Shown here piece after piece: positions 29,849 through 45,511 of a stretch of 64,000 bases of DNA. The DNA lies in the NCBI GenBank assembly GCA_964016885.1, contig OZ024751.1, positions 28,830,001 through 28,894,000 on the forward strand, written 5' to 3'. The notes under the pieces are model-generated. The model was not told the origin of the DNA. It ran no database searches and worked only from the letters and a program-made list of their open reading frames with translations. The position numbers were made by a program, and so were the translations under genes. How positions within the stretch are numbered: position 1 is the first letter of the stretch; each line of letters opens with the position of its first letter. This DNA is from Eledone cirrhosa (Eukaryota).

Positions 29849-30723
29849 GTTAAGTAGACGTGATTAAGAAGCCAAAAGAGCGAAATGGAATTAATGGATT
29901 TGATCCGTTCAACATAAAAGGTTAGAAGAAGAAGAAGAAGAAGAAGAAAAAGATGTGTAATTTATGAATGGATATAAGGAATATTATAAAGAAATATTTA
30001 GGGGTTTGATGTGAAATTTACCTGTAGTAAATAAATTGGAGTGGTGTTGGGGTAGATAGAAGGGAGAAAACGATATGTATGTGTATAGTTGTATGTGTGA
30101 GGTGTATTTGTGTTTATATATACATATTTATGCATGTGTGTGTGAGGTGTATATGCGTATATATATATATATATGTGTGTGTCAATATTTATGTGTATCT
30201 GTGTGAATATATATATATGTGTGTGTGTGAGAGAGAGAGTATTTGTATGTGCGTGTGAGTGTATATGCATGCGTATGTGAGAGTGTTTATGTGGGCATAT
30301 GTATATATATGTGTGAGTATTTGTGTGTGTGTATATATATAAATGTGTGTGTCTGCGTATATATCTATATGAGAGAAAGAGAGAGAGGATGTTATAATAT
30401 ATATATTCATTTAAAAACTTATAATAAATTAATTCATTATTAAATCAATTGGTTGTTATTTTGTTTATTTAATTGTTTTATTATGGATCGAAAATGTTTA
30501 AAAAGACAATAAATGTTGTAAAGTTGTGTAAAAACATAACTTTTTTTCTTTACTTCAAAGCGAATCTTTAAGAGAGAAATAGCGAGGAAGTAACTGCAGA
30601 GATGCGAAACTGTGTCGCAATCTTCCCTCAGTGTAAGTTTAATTCTAATAACTGAGGAAATACATCGAAAGCAAGAGTTTCATTTAACCGAAAATTAAAT
30701 ATATGTATTTATATATGTATATA

Positions 30724-30873
<150 letters not shown>

Positions 30874-30923
30874 TCTCTCTCTATATATATATGTCTATAT
30901 ATGTATATATATATATATGTATA

Positions 30924-30971
<48 letters not shown>

Positions 30972-31246
30972 TATATATGTCTATATATATATATATATAT
31001 GTATATATCTATATATATATGTATTCGTCTATATATGTATATGTCTATATATACATATATATGTATATGTCTATATATATATATGTGTGTGTATGTATAT
31101 ATATATATATACATATGTATATACATACACACATTCACATATATATGTGTATTTATTCATATATAAAATTTCCCAATAAAAACCATGTGTTCAGAGGTTA
31201 TGGGACCATACCTTACATATATATATACATAATTTAAAATGATTTG

Positions 31247-31306
<60 letters not shown>

Positions 31307-31419
31307 ACACATATATATATAATTAAAAATTATCTGATCGGTTGATCAGTCTATTAAAATTCTAAATGAGATTGAAATTATGTCAAACTTTTTGAAAAAC
31401 AGTTTTTCATTCCATCAAA

Positions 31420-31872
31420 AGGATTTCAAATTTAGGCAGACGACCAGCAGGGGAGGGAAAATTTGACTAAATCGAACCCCAGTACTGCACTGGTATTTTG
31501 TTTTATGGAGCCCTAGGAGGATAAAGGCGAAGTTAACCTCAGGGGGATTTGAACCCAGAACGTAAAAAAGGGCTGAAACAAGTTTTTATTTCGACACTCT
31601 AACAACCTTGCTAATGTATCACCCGACCCTAGAAAATATATAATGGTTTCATATTTAGTTAAGGGGTAAGATGGGAAGCCGATTATATAAACCCCAGTAT
31701 TTGACTGGTACTTTATTTTATCGACACCCTTCCCCAGAAGGGATAAAAGGCAAAAGTTGACCTCGGCAGGATTTGAACCCAGAAAGTAAAATAAAAAAAA
31801 ACGAAAAAATACGGTACAAATACTGTTCAGCAAATGTCCGATGATCTACTGACCCTGGCAATCCACTGCCCC
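31420..31872 (-). mobile_element. Two tandem copies of the Nin/Deu-like SINE
   Basis: Two successive GGATAAA(A)GGC.AAGTT.ACCTC...GGATTTGAACCCAG blocks. Confidence 0.75.
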
Positions 31873-32530
31873 TCCCGTTCCCCCATTCCCTTGAAAAAAT
31901 AACAACAACAACAACCGTTAACATGGTGACAAAAGATTTCAATAAAAATAACAATATCATTATTATATCATATAGATCATATATAAATCACATTATATAT
32001 AAATTACATTATATATACATTATATATAAATTACATTATATATACATTATATATAAATTACATTATATATACATTATATATACATTATATATACATACAT
32101 CTCCTGTAACTGTTGTTTCACAGTCAGGGTCTCTATCATTTAAAAAAAAGACTTTTTTTTTTCAGACGATTCAATATTTTACAAAAGTTTACGAAGATAT
32201 ATATTTATATACACTTTTACAAGTTCGTTATTATATTAAATAAAAATTATTCGAAGAAAAAACATTTAGATTTTAATGGTCACCGTTAAGAAAAATTAAA
32301 TAGTTAAGGCTTTTTCCACAACAAGTAAATAAATGTTTAGAAAAGAGGGAAAAAGATGGAAAAAATAGAGAGATGAGATAATGATTAATGAAATGAAATG
32401 AAGAAGAAACGATAATAAACGAGCAAAAATGAAACAAAAACAATAATAATGACAAAGAAAGGTTTAAAATACTGCAGACGATAATTCTTTATTTTATTAT
32501 TCGTTTTATTATTGTTATTATTATTATTAT

Positions 32531-32565
<35 letters not shown>

Positions 32566-33055
32566 TCATCATCATCATCATTATTATTATTGAATTTCAG
32601 CGTTTCTGGGGTACAACTGATAAATAGAGGAATATGAAAATATATATATATACATTATATATTATATTATATTATATATTATATCATGTTTTTGTATTGA
32701 TGAATTGATAAATTTGTAAAAAAAAATAAATAGCTGAAATGAAAAGAATAGATAGAAGATAAAAATTAAAAAGTCAATCATAAAATAACGTTTTAAGGGA
32801 AGAATTGAGACTGGTATTTTGTATGAGTGATTATATATATATATACACACACATTAATATATATATATATATATTCATACATATATACGCACATACATAT
32901 ATACATTCATATATATATATATAAGCATATATATATATATATTTACACACACATATATATATATACATTTATAAACATATATACATATAGTTATATAAAC
33001 ATATATACATATATGTTTATATGTATGTATGCATGTAAGTATATACATACATATA

Positions 33056-33106
<51 letters not shown>

Positions 33107-33213
33107 TGTATGCATATATATATATACAATATATATATATAGTGTTCATATATATATGTTTATATATATATGTATATACATATATATATTATGTATGTAT
33201 ATATAGATACATC

Positions 33214-33258
<45 letters not shown>

Positions 33259-33458
33259 ACTGTGTGTCATTACAGAATCATACTGAACTGCAAAACTCCG
33301 ATGGACGAACATTTTCAAATCTATCAAAATAAAACAAATATATAACAAATATAAACAATACCAACCAAAGAAATATATACACCAAACATTTCGTTAGGAA
33401 GGATTTAATATCTAAAAACAAACATTGTAATATCATTAATTAATTCAACATACATACA

Positions 33459-33520
<62 letters not shown>

Positions 33521-34534
33521 TATACATATATATATACACACACACACATATATATATATATAAACATCTGTGTGTGTATATATATATTGTACATATATAG
33601 AAATGTATATGTATGTGTGTGTAAAATGTGGTTTAAGTTATGAATAAATCATAGGTAATTTATGGCAAGGAGTCAAACATAATCAGAATTCGATACACAC
33701 ACACGCACATACACATATATCTATATCGTCATACAAATATATATATATGAGTTATTTAATATATCTCATATAAAATAATACAGCCAATTATCCACACAAT
33801 ACAATATAGTTAGCACCCCAAACGTTTAATTGGGAATATACTCCGGTATTTCCTAATTTTTGTTGAGTGAGTTGAAAATTGGTCGGAGTATCGCTATTAG
33901 CTTTCCCTGTTTATGTAATTATGTATTATATATATATATATATTTATGTATATATATATATATATATATGAATATATATGCATATATATTCATATATATA
34001 TGCATATATATATACATATATATTCATATATATATGCATATATATATATATATACATATATATGAATATATATATATGAATATATATTCATATATATATA
34101 TGAATATATATTCATATATATATATATGAATATATATATATATATATATGAATATATATTCATATATATATATACATATATATTCATATATATATATACA
34201 TATATATTCATATATATATATACATCAGGAAAGAAGATTGACAGGGTTTGCTAACTGGACTACACCTAAGTGGACTGCATATAACTATTATTAGTTACCC
34301 CGTATATATATATATATACATATATATTCATATATATATATATATACATATATATTCATATATATATATATATATATTCATATATATAGATACATATATA
34401 TTCATATATATATATATACAAAAATATTCATATATATATATACATATATATTCATACATATATATTCATATATATATACATATATAATCATATACATATC
34501 ATATCATATATATATATATTCATATATATATATA

Positions 34535-34579
<45 letters not shown>

Positions 34580-36008
34580 AGAGAACAAAAAAAAACAGAA
34601 AAAGGAAGAGGCAGTACAAAAGTTATAAGTACAAACATAGGTACGCATCAACTACAGAGTAATGTATTGGATAGCTGAAAAGGCTGACAAAGTATTGTTT
34701 AATAAGATTTGGAACAACCCGAAAACAGATGTTTAAAACATTTGTTGAGCTTTTCTTCTTCATACGTTAAACCTAGACATTGAATAAATGCAGAACATAG
34801 ACATATATGTTAGTGGCATTTGATAAAAATAATGATTAAAACTTGTTAAATAAATAGTTATATAAATATTTATGTTGATAGTTAATGTCATTTAATAAAC
34901 ATAATGATTAAATTTTGCTAAATAAATAGTTATATAGGTAGTTATATAGATAGTTATATAGATAGCTATATAATTAGTTATATAATTTATTATGTAGTTT
35001 GTAAATAGGGCAGAAAAAATACGTAAAATATGTGAAATAGAGACATGGAAATTAAAGGTTTTACAATGTAATATATATGGAAATATTGTCAAAATTTTAA
35101 TCGTTATGTATATATATATATATGTAAGTGTTTATATATATATATATGTATATATATATATGATATATATACATATTTGTATATATATATATATATATGC
35201 ATATATAAATATATACATATTTGTATATATACATATATATATATGCATATATATATATATATATATGTGTGTATATATATATACGTATATATACATGCAT
35301 GCATATATATAGAAATATATCTATGATATATATATATATATATAATATATAGTCATGTACACATATATATATATATGCACATATGTACACATATATATAT
35401 ATATATATATAGTCATGTACACATATATATACGTATATATATGTTTATATATATATATATGTTATGTATATATATAAATACAAATAATATATACATGCAT
35501 ATACATATCTATATATATGCATATATACTTATATATGTATATCTATATATCTATATATCTATATATCTATCTATATATCTATATATCTATATATATATAT
35601 ATATATCTCTATATATATATATGGGTACACACATACACACACATACAATATACATATAGTAAAAACTAGTTCAGGTTACGAAGTAAAGCAAAGCAAAGCA
35701 AAGAGGAATTATTTGTTTATGGCGATCAATCAATCAATTATAATCATTAGAATTCGATTAAACTAATGGGTCGTCTGCTCCAGCAAAACTTACATTTAGC
35801 AATAAAAAAATAAAAAAATACGTAATAAATAAATAAACCAAAAGAAAAAAGTGAATAAACTATGTTGTAGTGGTTCGATATTGTGAGATAAAATAGAGAA
35901 CGATTCAGTTGGAACCCCTTCTTCGGAGAATGAAGTGCTTTTTCTCCTCACTGCACTTTATCAAACCTTAACTATTTCATTTTTCTAACACGACACCCTA
36001 TCATATCT

Positions 36009-36069
<61 letters not shown>

Positions 36070-36121
36070 GCGTACAGATGCTTGTGCACACAGTCAACAC
36101 ACGCACACACAGATATATATG

Positions 36122-36155
<34 letters not shown>

Positions 36156-36962
36156 TATGCATACATATATATACATACATATATATGCATACATATATAT
36201 ATACATATATATACTTATATATCAAATATATACATATACATACATATATATAAATTCATATACATACAAAGATATACGCATATATTTTTGCATTGATATA
36301 TGCATACATACATATACATATACATATACATTGATATATGCATACATGTATATATACATATACATATATATGTCTCTATATATATATATATCTATACATA
36401 TAATTTATATATATGTATGTATATATACATATTATATATATATGCATAGCCGAGCCTAAAGTATGGAGTACTAAATTGAATATGTTTTTTTTTACTAATC
36501 TCAGTTAGTAAGATGTATGTATACATACAAAGATATATACTTGTGTGTAGTATATATAACTATATATATATATATAACCAGGAAATAATAACATATATAT
36601 ATATATATATATATACATCTGTATATATATATACATACGTATATATATATATAGATATATATGTATATATAACTGCATATATATAACTGTATATTTATAT
36701 ATATATATGTATGTGTGTGTATATATATATATATATATGTATACATATAAAGTTTATTTTGGCTTATCCTGTTACCATGGAATTTCTACAACGTTTGATC
36801 CCTTCCTCAGTTCCTCAGACAGGAATGGTCCGAGAAAATTTGCCCAAGTATCTACTAAGTAACTTGTATTTTATTTTCATATAACCGGCATTCAGGTAAC
36901 TCAGAATATATATATACACACATACACATACATACAGCCACACAATGATATATATGTGTGTA

Positions 36963-37095
36963 ATAGGAGAAAGTATGACCCCGACGGCAGAGCTCAAGCC
37001 GTTTCGACGGCTATTTCTGGACTAAAGTGACTTTAGTCCAGAAATAGCCGCCCATACGGCTTGAGCTCTGCCGTCGGGGTCATACTTTCTCCTAT
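36963..37095. repeat. Fold-back palindrome of a hammerhead 3' half cassette (family E)
   Basis: Inverted arms centred on 37029; the minus strand of the left arm reads GAAA-CGGC-ttgagctct-GCCG-TC-gggg. Other copies at 15711-15768, 28579-28637 and 60810-60870. Confidence 0.85.
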
Positions 37096-37177
37096 ATATG
37101 TGTATATATATATATACATATATACAGTAATGTATATGCATACACATACATGCATCCACACACGTTTATATATATAT

Positions 37178-37217
<40 letters not shown>

Positions 37218-37350
37218 AATACATGTATACTGTATATGTTTACACACACACATATATACATACATCCACGGATATATATGTATATATAAATATATAAATA
37301 TACTTATATATATCCACACATATGCATACACACATATATATATATATATT

Positions 37351-37381
<31 letters not shown>

Positions 37382-37469
37382 ATTAATATTATTTATAACA
37401 TGTAAACCTGACGTTTAATTTTAAACATTTTTTTCAAAGCTCGATTGTACATCTATGTATAAATATATG

Positions 37470-37502
<33 letters not shown>

Positions 37503-37513
37503 ATATCCATGTT

Positions 37514-37547
<34 letters not shown>

Positions 37548-37628
37548 CATATATATACATTTACTTATCTATATATAGATATATAGATATTCATATACAT
37601 ATATATATACAAAAACATCATGTATATA

Positions 37629-37709
<81 letters not shown>

Positions 37710-38821
37710 GCGTGCATGTGGTGGGTGGATAATATGTAAAGGAGGGAAAAACTTTGTTATTATTTTATTTTTGACAAACTTTTTATTCTAATTTAAATTA
37801 AGTTTGGTTTTATGGTGATTAAAACTTTGTGTTGTAAAACCCAAGTGCCTGAGTTAACTTGAATGCTAGTTGCCAAAATTGGTACGTGACCCCTTCCACA
37901 CCATATTACTAATCTAAAACCCTGACAATAATTTTCATATCACTTTGAAAACTATCTAGAATTTTCGGGAGATTTAGTAATATAACTAACTTTCTTATTA
38001 TTAAATTGATATTTGGAACATAACTTAACGAAGGGTGTTTACATAAAATAATGATGGAAGGTTTTTTTTTATATCCCTGCGACCTTCCCAATGATAAGGG
38101 GACGAAGAAGGAGGTTTTTATATAAAAAATAAACACTTTTACACTTTCGTTACCATATTTCTGATGAGTGAAAGTCGCAGCCTATGATTTTCAAATCACA
38201 GTAATATAACTAACTTTATTATTAAGTTAATATAACTTAACAAAAGGTGCTTACGTAAAATTATGATGGAAGATTTTTATATCCCCGCGATTCTCCCAAG
38301 GATAAGTGAACGATGAAGGTGTTTATATGAAAAATAAATACTTTTACCCTTTCGTTACCATATTTTTATGAAAGACAGGGTTCATGGTTTTTAAGTCGTA
38401 TAGGGGTTTAATAATATAACTAACTTTCGTATTATTAAGTTAATGTTTGGAACATAACTTAACAAAGGGTGCTTACATAAAATTATGATAGAAAGTTTCT
38501 TTTATATAAAAATAAACACTTTTACCCTTTCGTTACCATATTTCTAATGAAAGAATGACACAGCCTATGGTTTTTAAATCAAATAGGGATTTAGTATGAC
38601 TAACTACTAACTTTCTTATTCTTTCTCAAGTGTTTGGATTATAACATAGCTAATATTTTTATATTTTACATAAATAAGATTTCGATGGAAGGTTTTCTCT
38701 TTTTTTTTTTTTTACATAAATAAAATATACACCTTTGTATCGTAGAAACGGAAGCAGTTTCAGGTGGTTTAATATAAAACAGGTTGATTAAATTATCTCG
38801 GACAGTAATAATATTAATAAT

Positions 38822-39408
38822 AGTTTCTGATTTAGGCACAAGGCCAGCAAATTTTTGGGGGATAAGAGAAGGGGAAAGTCGATTAAATCGACCTCAGTGC
38901 GTTAGATAAATAAATTCATGTTTATTTTCAAAACAGAAATAATAAAAAGGAAGGGGGAACAAAAGGAAAGAAAGAATAGGGAAATATAGTTTTAAAAAAA
39001 TAGAGAGAAAAAGAGAAAGAAGAAGAAAATACCGAGAAGGGGGGGGGGATAAGAGCTCTGGTGTCGCAGAAGGGAGGGTGGTGAAGGGGGAGGGAGATTG
39101 AGTTTTGAGCTTAGGGCAAGAGGGCAGAAGTGCTGCGCCCCGCTGACAAGACAGCAAAAGCATTCCTTCGGACGATGGACAGTGGCAGCCGCTGCAACAG
39201 CTAGCCAACCTCCTCAGAAGGGCCACCGACAGAAGGGCCACCGACAGAAGGGCCACCGACAGAAGGGCCACCGACAGAAGGGCCACCGACAGAAGGGCCA
39301 CCGACAGAAGGGCCACCGACACTCCGATCTTGCGGAGGAGCTCGGCAATTTTATCAACCCCGTAAGGGTGAAAAGCAAAGCTAACCTCGGCGGGATTTGA
39401 ACTCAGCA
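38822..39408 (-). mobile_element. Nin/Deu-like SINE interrupted by a ~440-bp insert
   Basis: SINE 3' part 38822-38903 and central part 39347-39408 flank unrelated sequence. Confidence 0.7.
39215..39321. repeat. Perfect 15-bp minisatellite (CAGAAGGGCCACCGA)x7
   Basis: Directly visible; gives the QKGHR/VALLS pseudo-ORF repeats. Confidence 0.95.
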
Positions 39409-39754
39409 TGTAATGATAATAATAATTAGGAAAGTGTTTATCTGTTTAAGGTCCTTGTTGTCACTTGACAAGGTTTATCTGTTTAAGGTCCTTGTGGTCC
39501 TTGTTGTCATACTTCGGTATATTTTCCATCTACCCTGCATGACAAAAGGAATACTAATAACAACAGCAATAATAACGATAATGATAACAATAATATTAAT
39601 AATAATAATGACAATAATAACAATATTAACAACAACAACAATAATGACACAAATAATGAGTACTTTATTAACCAGGCAGGGTTCACGTTAAGAAAACATT
39701 AAATAAGGCACATGACGGTACAATGTGGGGTTTTTTTTCGAATAAAAGAGTTTT

Positions 39755-39846
<92 letters not shown>

Positions 39847-39965
39847 AGAAGTTGGAAATAGCACGGAAAATATATTTAAGGATCTGTTTTTCTTTTTTGA
39901 TTCGTCAAAGTGACATTATTGAAAAGGTAACATTATTGAAAAAATGAGAGGGACAATTCTTTTTA

Positions 39966-40062
<97 letters not shown>

Positions 40063-40500
40063 GGCAAATGTAAGAATCCCTATAACATTAACAAAAATAA
40101 CAACTCTAAAATATAAAAGAATAATTTAAAGACATGGTAAAGAAAAACACATTTTAATAACAACAAATGAAAAATTTAGTGGAAAGAATTAAAAGTTTAA
40201 AAAATTTTAAACAAACTTAAAGAAATATTAAACATATTTGAAAACTCAAAACCACCGAAAGTTGACCAGAGGTTTGTGAGTTCGAATCCGATAGCAGCTA
40301 GTTTAGAAAGTTAGAAGGAGAAAAATGTCCGTATATATCTGAAAACAATACATTAGTATTAATATTACTATTTTTATTTGTATTCAAAATAATATATCTT
40401 TATTATGTTTATTATATTAATCAAGACAAGTTTTTCTCAGGCTGGCTCCTTGAATTCTTGTGGTGTCATGTGTTCCTGAGAAATAATAACACATTTCGTT

Positions 40501-40561
<61 letters not shown>

Positions 40562-40668
40562 TATATATACTCCCATTTTTACGTATCTCTTCCCTGCAAA
40601 ATGAAATAGAGACAATATTAAGTGTGAGATGACGAGGTATACATAGATATACACATTACACACATACA

Positions 40669-40781
<113 letters not shown>

Positions 40782-40808
40782 GAAAGTATATATATATGTA
40801 TGTATGTA

Positions 40809-40880
<72 letters not shown>

Positions 40881-40881
40881 C

Positions 40882-41046
<165 letters not shown>

Positions 41047-41048
41047 TA

Positions 41049-41089
<41 letters not shown>

Positions 41090-41327
41090 ATATAAACGGA
41101 AAAAATGAAACGAAATTTCATTTCTCATACTTATATATATACACATATATATATACATATATACATATATACTTATACATATATATGTGTGTGTGTGTGT
41201 GTGTATATATGTATGTGTCAACTGTTTTACCCAATCAAATGAATACATATTTAGCTAATCAAACTATATTGACTCAGGTGCCCCCACTGTATTTAAATGA
41301 ACCCCAAACAATTTATCCAGTTCATGT

Positions 41328-41389
<62 letters not shown>

Positions 41390-41469
41390 GTTGTCTATAT
41401 ATATATATATACAAGCAACAGAAATATATAATCTATAGTCGTAACCTAGGTATTGTCAGTGATCTACTA

Positions 41470-42180
41470 CCTAGTTAACTAACCAGCTAACTAACCAACG
41501 AATTAACTAACTAATCAATTAACTAACTTGCTATCATAACTAATTATCAATTAACTATTTAACTAACTAGCTTACTATTATAACTAACCAACTAACCAAC
41601 AGACTATCTATCTCATTAGCATCAAGTTCGTTAACTAAGTAACTATCCAACTAATTAACTAGCTATCATAACTAACTGACAAAATAGCTATGTAACAAAC
41701 CAACTAGCTATCTAAACTAACTATTAAGTAACCAACTAGCTAACTGATTATCTAACTAACTATCTACCTAGTTAGCTAGCTAGTTAGTTAAATAACTAAC
41801 TCTCTAACCAACTAATTTTCTAGCTATCATAACTAACTAACTAACTATCTAACAAATCAACTAACTATCTAGCTCGTTAGCTAACTAAAGAAATTACTAA
41901 CTATCTATCTAACTTGTTATCATAACTAATTAATTATCTAACACACTAATTAACTAACGTACTAACTAACGAATTAATTAACCAACTAACCAATTAATTA
42001 ACCAACCAACCCACTAACCAACCAAATCATTAACTAACCAAATCACTAACTAACTGACTGATTAACTAACTTACGCTCTAACCAACCCACTCACCAACTA
42101 ACCAACTAACTAATACACTAACCAACCAACCACCCCACTAACTAACCAATTAATTTCGGTTCCCGATTATAACTAATTCA
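41470..42180. repeat. Degenerate (AACT/AACC)n satellite
   Basis: Directly visible. Confidence 0.85.
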
Positions 42181-42309
42181 ATTTCACTAGCAATTATATT
42201 ATATTATATTATATTATATTATATTATATTATATTATATTATATTATATTATATGATACTATATTATATCACATAGCATTATATTATATTATATAACATT
42301 ATGTTATAT

Positions 42310-43345
42310 TAGCAGAATCGGTAGAGCGTCGGAGATTGTGGCATATAGTTACGGCCCTTTATGCTCTGAGCTCAAATCCAGCCAAGGTTAACTTTGCCTT
42401 TCACCTCTACGGGATCAATAAAATAAAGTACCAGTCACATATTGGTGTAAATTTACGTTAATTGATCTTCCCACTTCCCCAAATTGTTAGCCTTGTGCCT
42501 AGATCAGAAACCATTTTACTATAGTATATTATATTATATTATATTTTCTGAGTTCAAATCCCGCCGTGGTTAACTTTGCCTTTCATCCTTACGGGGTCGA
42601 TAAAATAAAGTACCAGTAATACACTGAGATAATTGCTGGCCTTGTGCCAAAAGTAGAAACAATTATATTATATTATATTATACTATATTATATTATATTA
42701 TATTATATTATACTATATTATATTATATTATATTATACTATATTATACTATATTATATTATATATTATATTATACTATATTATATTATATATTATATTAT
42801 ACTATATTATATTATACTATATTATATTGTATTGTACTATATTACATGATATCATTGGCAGTATCGGTAGAGGGTCGGACGCCATGCTTTCCAGCATAGT
42901 TACGTCCCTTTACGATCTGAGTTCAAATCCCGCCGAGGTTGACTTTGCCTTTCATCCTTACGGGGTCGATAAAATAAAGTACCAGTAATGCACTGGGTAA
43001 TTGCTGGCCTTGTGCCTAAAGTAGAAACAATTATAATATTATATTGTAAGGGCGATGGATTGGCAGTATCGGTAGAAGATCTGACACCATGCTTTGCAGC
43101 AAAGAGTTACGGCCCTTTATGGTCTGAGTTCAAATCCCGCCGAGGTTAACTTTGCCTTTCAGTAAGGCACTGGGTAATTGCTGGCCTTGTGCAAAAAGTA
43201 GAAACAATTATTATATTATACTGTATATATACTATATTGCGGCATTTATCTACGCCTCTTTAAATGTTGAGTTTAAATCCCAGCGAGGTTAACTTTGTCT
43301 TTCATCATTCCGGAAGTGGATAAAATAAAGTACTAATCAAGTACT
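42310..43345 (+). mobile_element. Head-to-tail array of ~5 Nin/Deu-like SINE copies separated by (ATATT)n
   Basis: TGAGTTCAAATCCCGCCGAGGTTAACTTTGCCTTTCA-like block recurs at ~42367, ~42549, ~42918, ~43125 and ~43268. Confidence 0.85.
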
Positions 43346-43676
43346 AAAATCTAAAGTCTGTCTTGAGCACGTAAGCTCATCAGGCTGGTGCTTAACCCGT
43401 TTTCTGTGGTGTTAAGCAATTGAGAATACTAGAACCCCCTGGACAGGACGCCAAGCCATCACAGGATTAAAGACTGTCTCGAGTTTGTCAAAAGAAATGC
43501 AGACTGTCCTAGTTTCCTATCCCGATACAATCCGTTCCACTTCACTTCACTTCACTTCATTTCACTAGTGATGTTGGTGGTTGTAGTGGTGGTAGTATGT
43601 TCTTTTTTAAAAACATATTTCCATTCAAGCAGTCGTACCACAGCCACCATCACCACCATCACCGAATGATCATATC

Positions 43677-43858
43677 AATTGTTTCTACTTTAGGCACAAG
43701 GCCAGCAATTACTCAGTGCATTACAGGTACTTTATTTTATCGACCCCGTAAGGATGAAAGACAAAGTCAACCTCGGCGGGATTTGAACTCAGATCGTAAA
43801 GGGACGTAACTATGCTGGAAAGCATGGCGTCCGACCCTCTACTGATACTGCCAATCCA
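43677..43858 (-). mobile_element. Nin/Deu-like SINE, near-identical inverted copy of 42855-43032
   Basis: Reverse complement matches with only a few substitutions. Confidence 0.85.
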
Positions 43859-44513
43859 CATAATAATAATATTATTTTGTTCTGTTACTGGCTTCAGTCA
43901 CTAGAAAGTGGCCATGCTGGAGCGACACCCTGTAGGGATTTATTTAGTCGATCATATTGACCCCAGCATTTATTTATTTGATATTATTGTTTATTTATTT
44001 GTTACAACTGTTGTGATCATTTTATCGAATTCTTTCTATCGAACCACTGAAATAACAGGACATGAATGGTGGGTGGAATTAGTCAAATCTGACCAAGGAA
44101 ACAATGTTTCCGTTGGTCTTTTCAATTTAGATTAGATCAGCGGCCCTGGTTCTTCTTATTTGCGAGTGTAAACTCGGCCAGATTAGATTAGATTTTCAAT
44201 ACTGATACAATCTACAGGTCCCAGCTCCTGTCAGAAAGAGCAACATTAAAATAAAGTGACTTTCTCAAGGACATAACGCATCACCCGGTCCGGGAATCGA
44301 ACTCACAACTGCGAATCCATTTCTTTAGCCACTAAGACACGTACTTTCACAAGGACATAAATAGTGAACATAAAGATAGTCAAACTGGCTGGGTGAGAAT
44401 GAAACCGAAACCAGGCGGTTGCGAAGCGAACACTTTAACCATCAATTCCAGTATTGACTGCCAATACTGGAATTGAATAATCAAAACCGTAGCGGTATGC
44501 CACATATCAACTC

Positions 44514-44579
44514 ATATATTTTGTCTGATGAAAACATACTTAAACACCATTGTACCTTTGAAATATTAATAAAATATAT
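44514..44579 (+). ncRNA. Minimal type-I hammerhead ribozyme (similar to 186-250)
   Basis: atatattttgt-CTGATGA-aaacatacttaaacaccattgtaccttt-GAAA-tat-TA-ataaaatatat; 11-bp stem I, weak stem II. Confidence 0.65.
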
Positions 44580-44925
44580 ATTTTGATTATGAGAATATTT
44601 TTCATTTGTTAACATTTTGAATAATATTAAAAACTCCAGGAAAATCAACTGTTGAGTGCTTCTAATCTATTGTAATATTGTATTCAACGAACCATACTAA
44701 TCTTTGGTTATATATATATATATAAATGATATATCGATGTATATGTATATATATATATATATGTGTGTACGTGTATATATATATATGTGTATATATATAT
44801 ATGTGTGTGTGTGTATATATATACATATATATATGTATGTAAAAGGTAAACAGAAATAACAACACAATCGATACAGTATATGGAAGGTATATATTAAGTT
44901 AACGCTTGATATAGCAGGAAGAGGG

Positions 44926-44961
44926 TCTTAACGTTTCGGACGCTAGTCCTTCATCAGAAGA
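44926..44961 (-). ncRNA. Minimal type-I hammerhead ribozyme (dimer type, GUU site)
   Basis: Minus strand tctt-CTGATGA-aggactagcgtcc-GAAAC-GTT-aaga; stem II gga/tcc; palindromic AACGTT stem III. Partial copies of the same cassette at ~18081-18180, ~28950-29046 and ~62775-62820. Confidence 0.7.
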
Positions 44962-45153
44962 AAGAATGAGAAATAAAATAGATTGAGGGGACGGGCGGGA
45001 TGGAGTTGGAAAAAATGTCTTTAGCTAAAAATAACAGGTCAATTCATGTTGACATCTCTTGCAAACATATATATATATATATATATATATAATTGGTTTA
45101 CATTTGCTAAGAAGACTCTTGCATAATATATCACAGAAAAGAATTCAAGAGAG

Positions 45154-45231
<78 letters not shown>

Positions 45232-45283
45232 TGAGAGAGAGTTGGTGGTAGTTGTGAAAGTGTTGTATTACAAAACATTAAAT

Positions 45284-45485
45284 GATTTCTAATTTAGGAA
45301 CAAGGCCAATAGTTTGAGAGTAGGGGGAAGTCGATTATATTGACCTCCCAGCCCCAACCCCAACGCCCGTGGGGGATAATAGACAAAGTTGACATCGATG
45401 TGTTTCGAACTCACAGCATAAAGAGTCAAAATTAATGACGCAAAGCGATTTCTTCCGGCGCTTTAACGATTCTGCCAAACGACCG
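45284..45485 (-). mobile_element. Degenerate Nin/Deu-like SINE
   Basis: TTTAGGAACAAGGCCA...ACAAAGTTGAC...TTCGAACTCAC...AACGATTCTGCCAA. Confidence 0.6.
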
Positions 45486-45511
45486 ACTAGCCTAGTTATA
45501 AGACACTGAAT

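Noticed and set aside
38894-39409. ORFs with VALLS / QKGHR repeats
   Set aside because: Products of the 15-bp minisatellite and SINE sequence.
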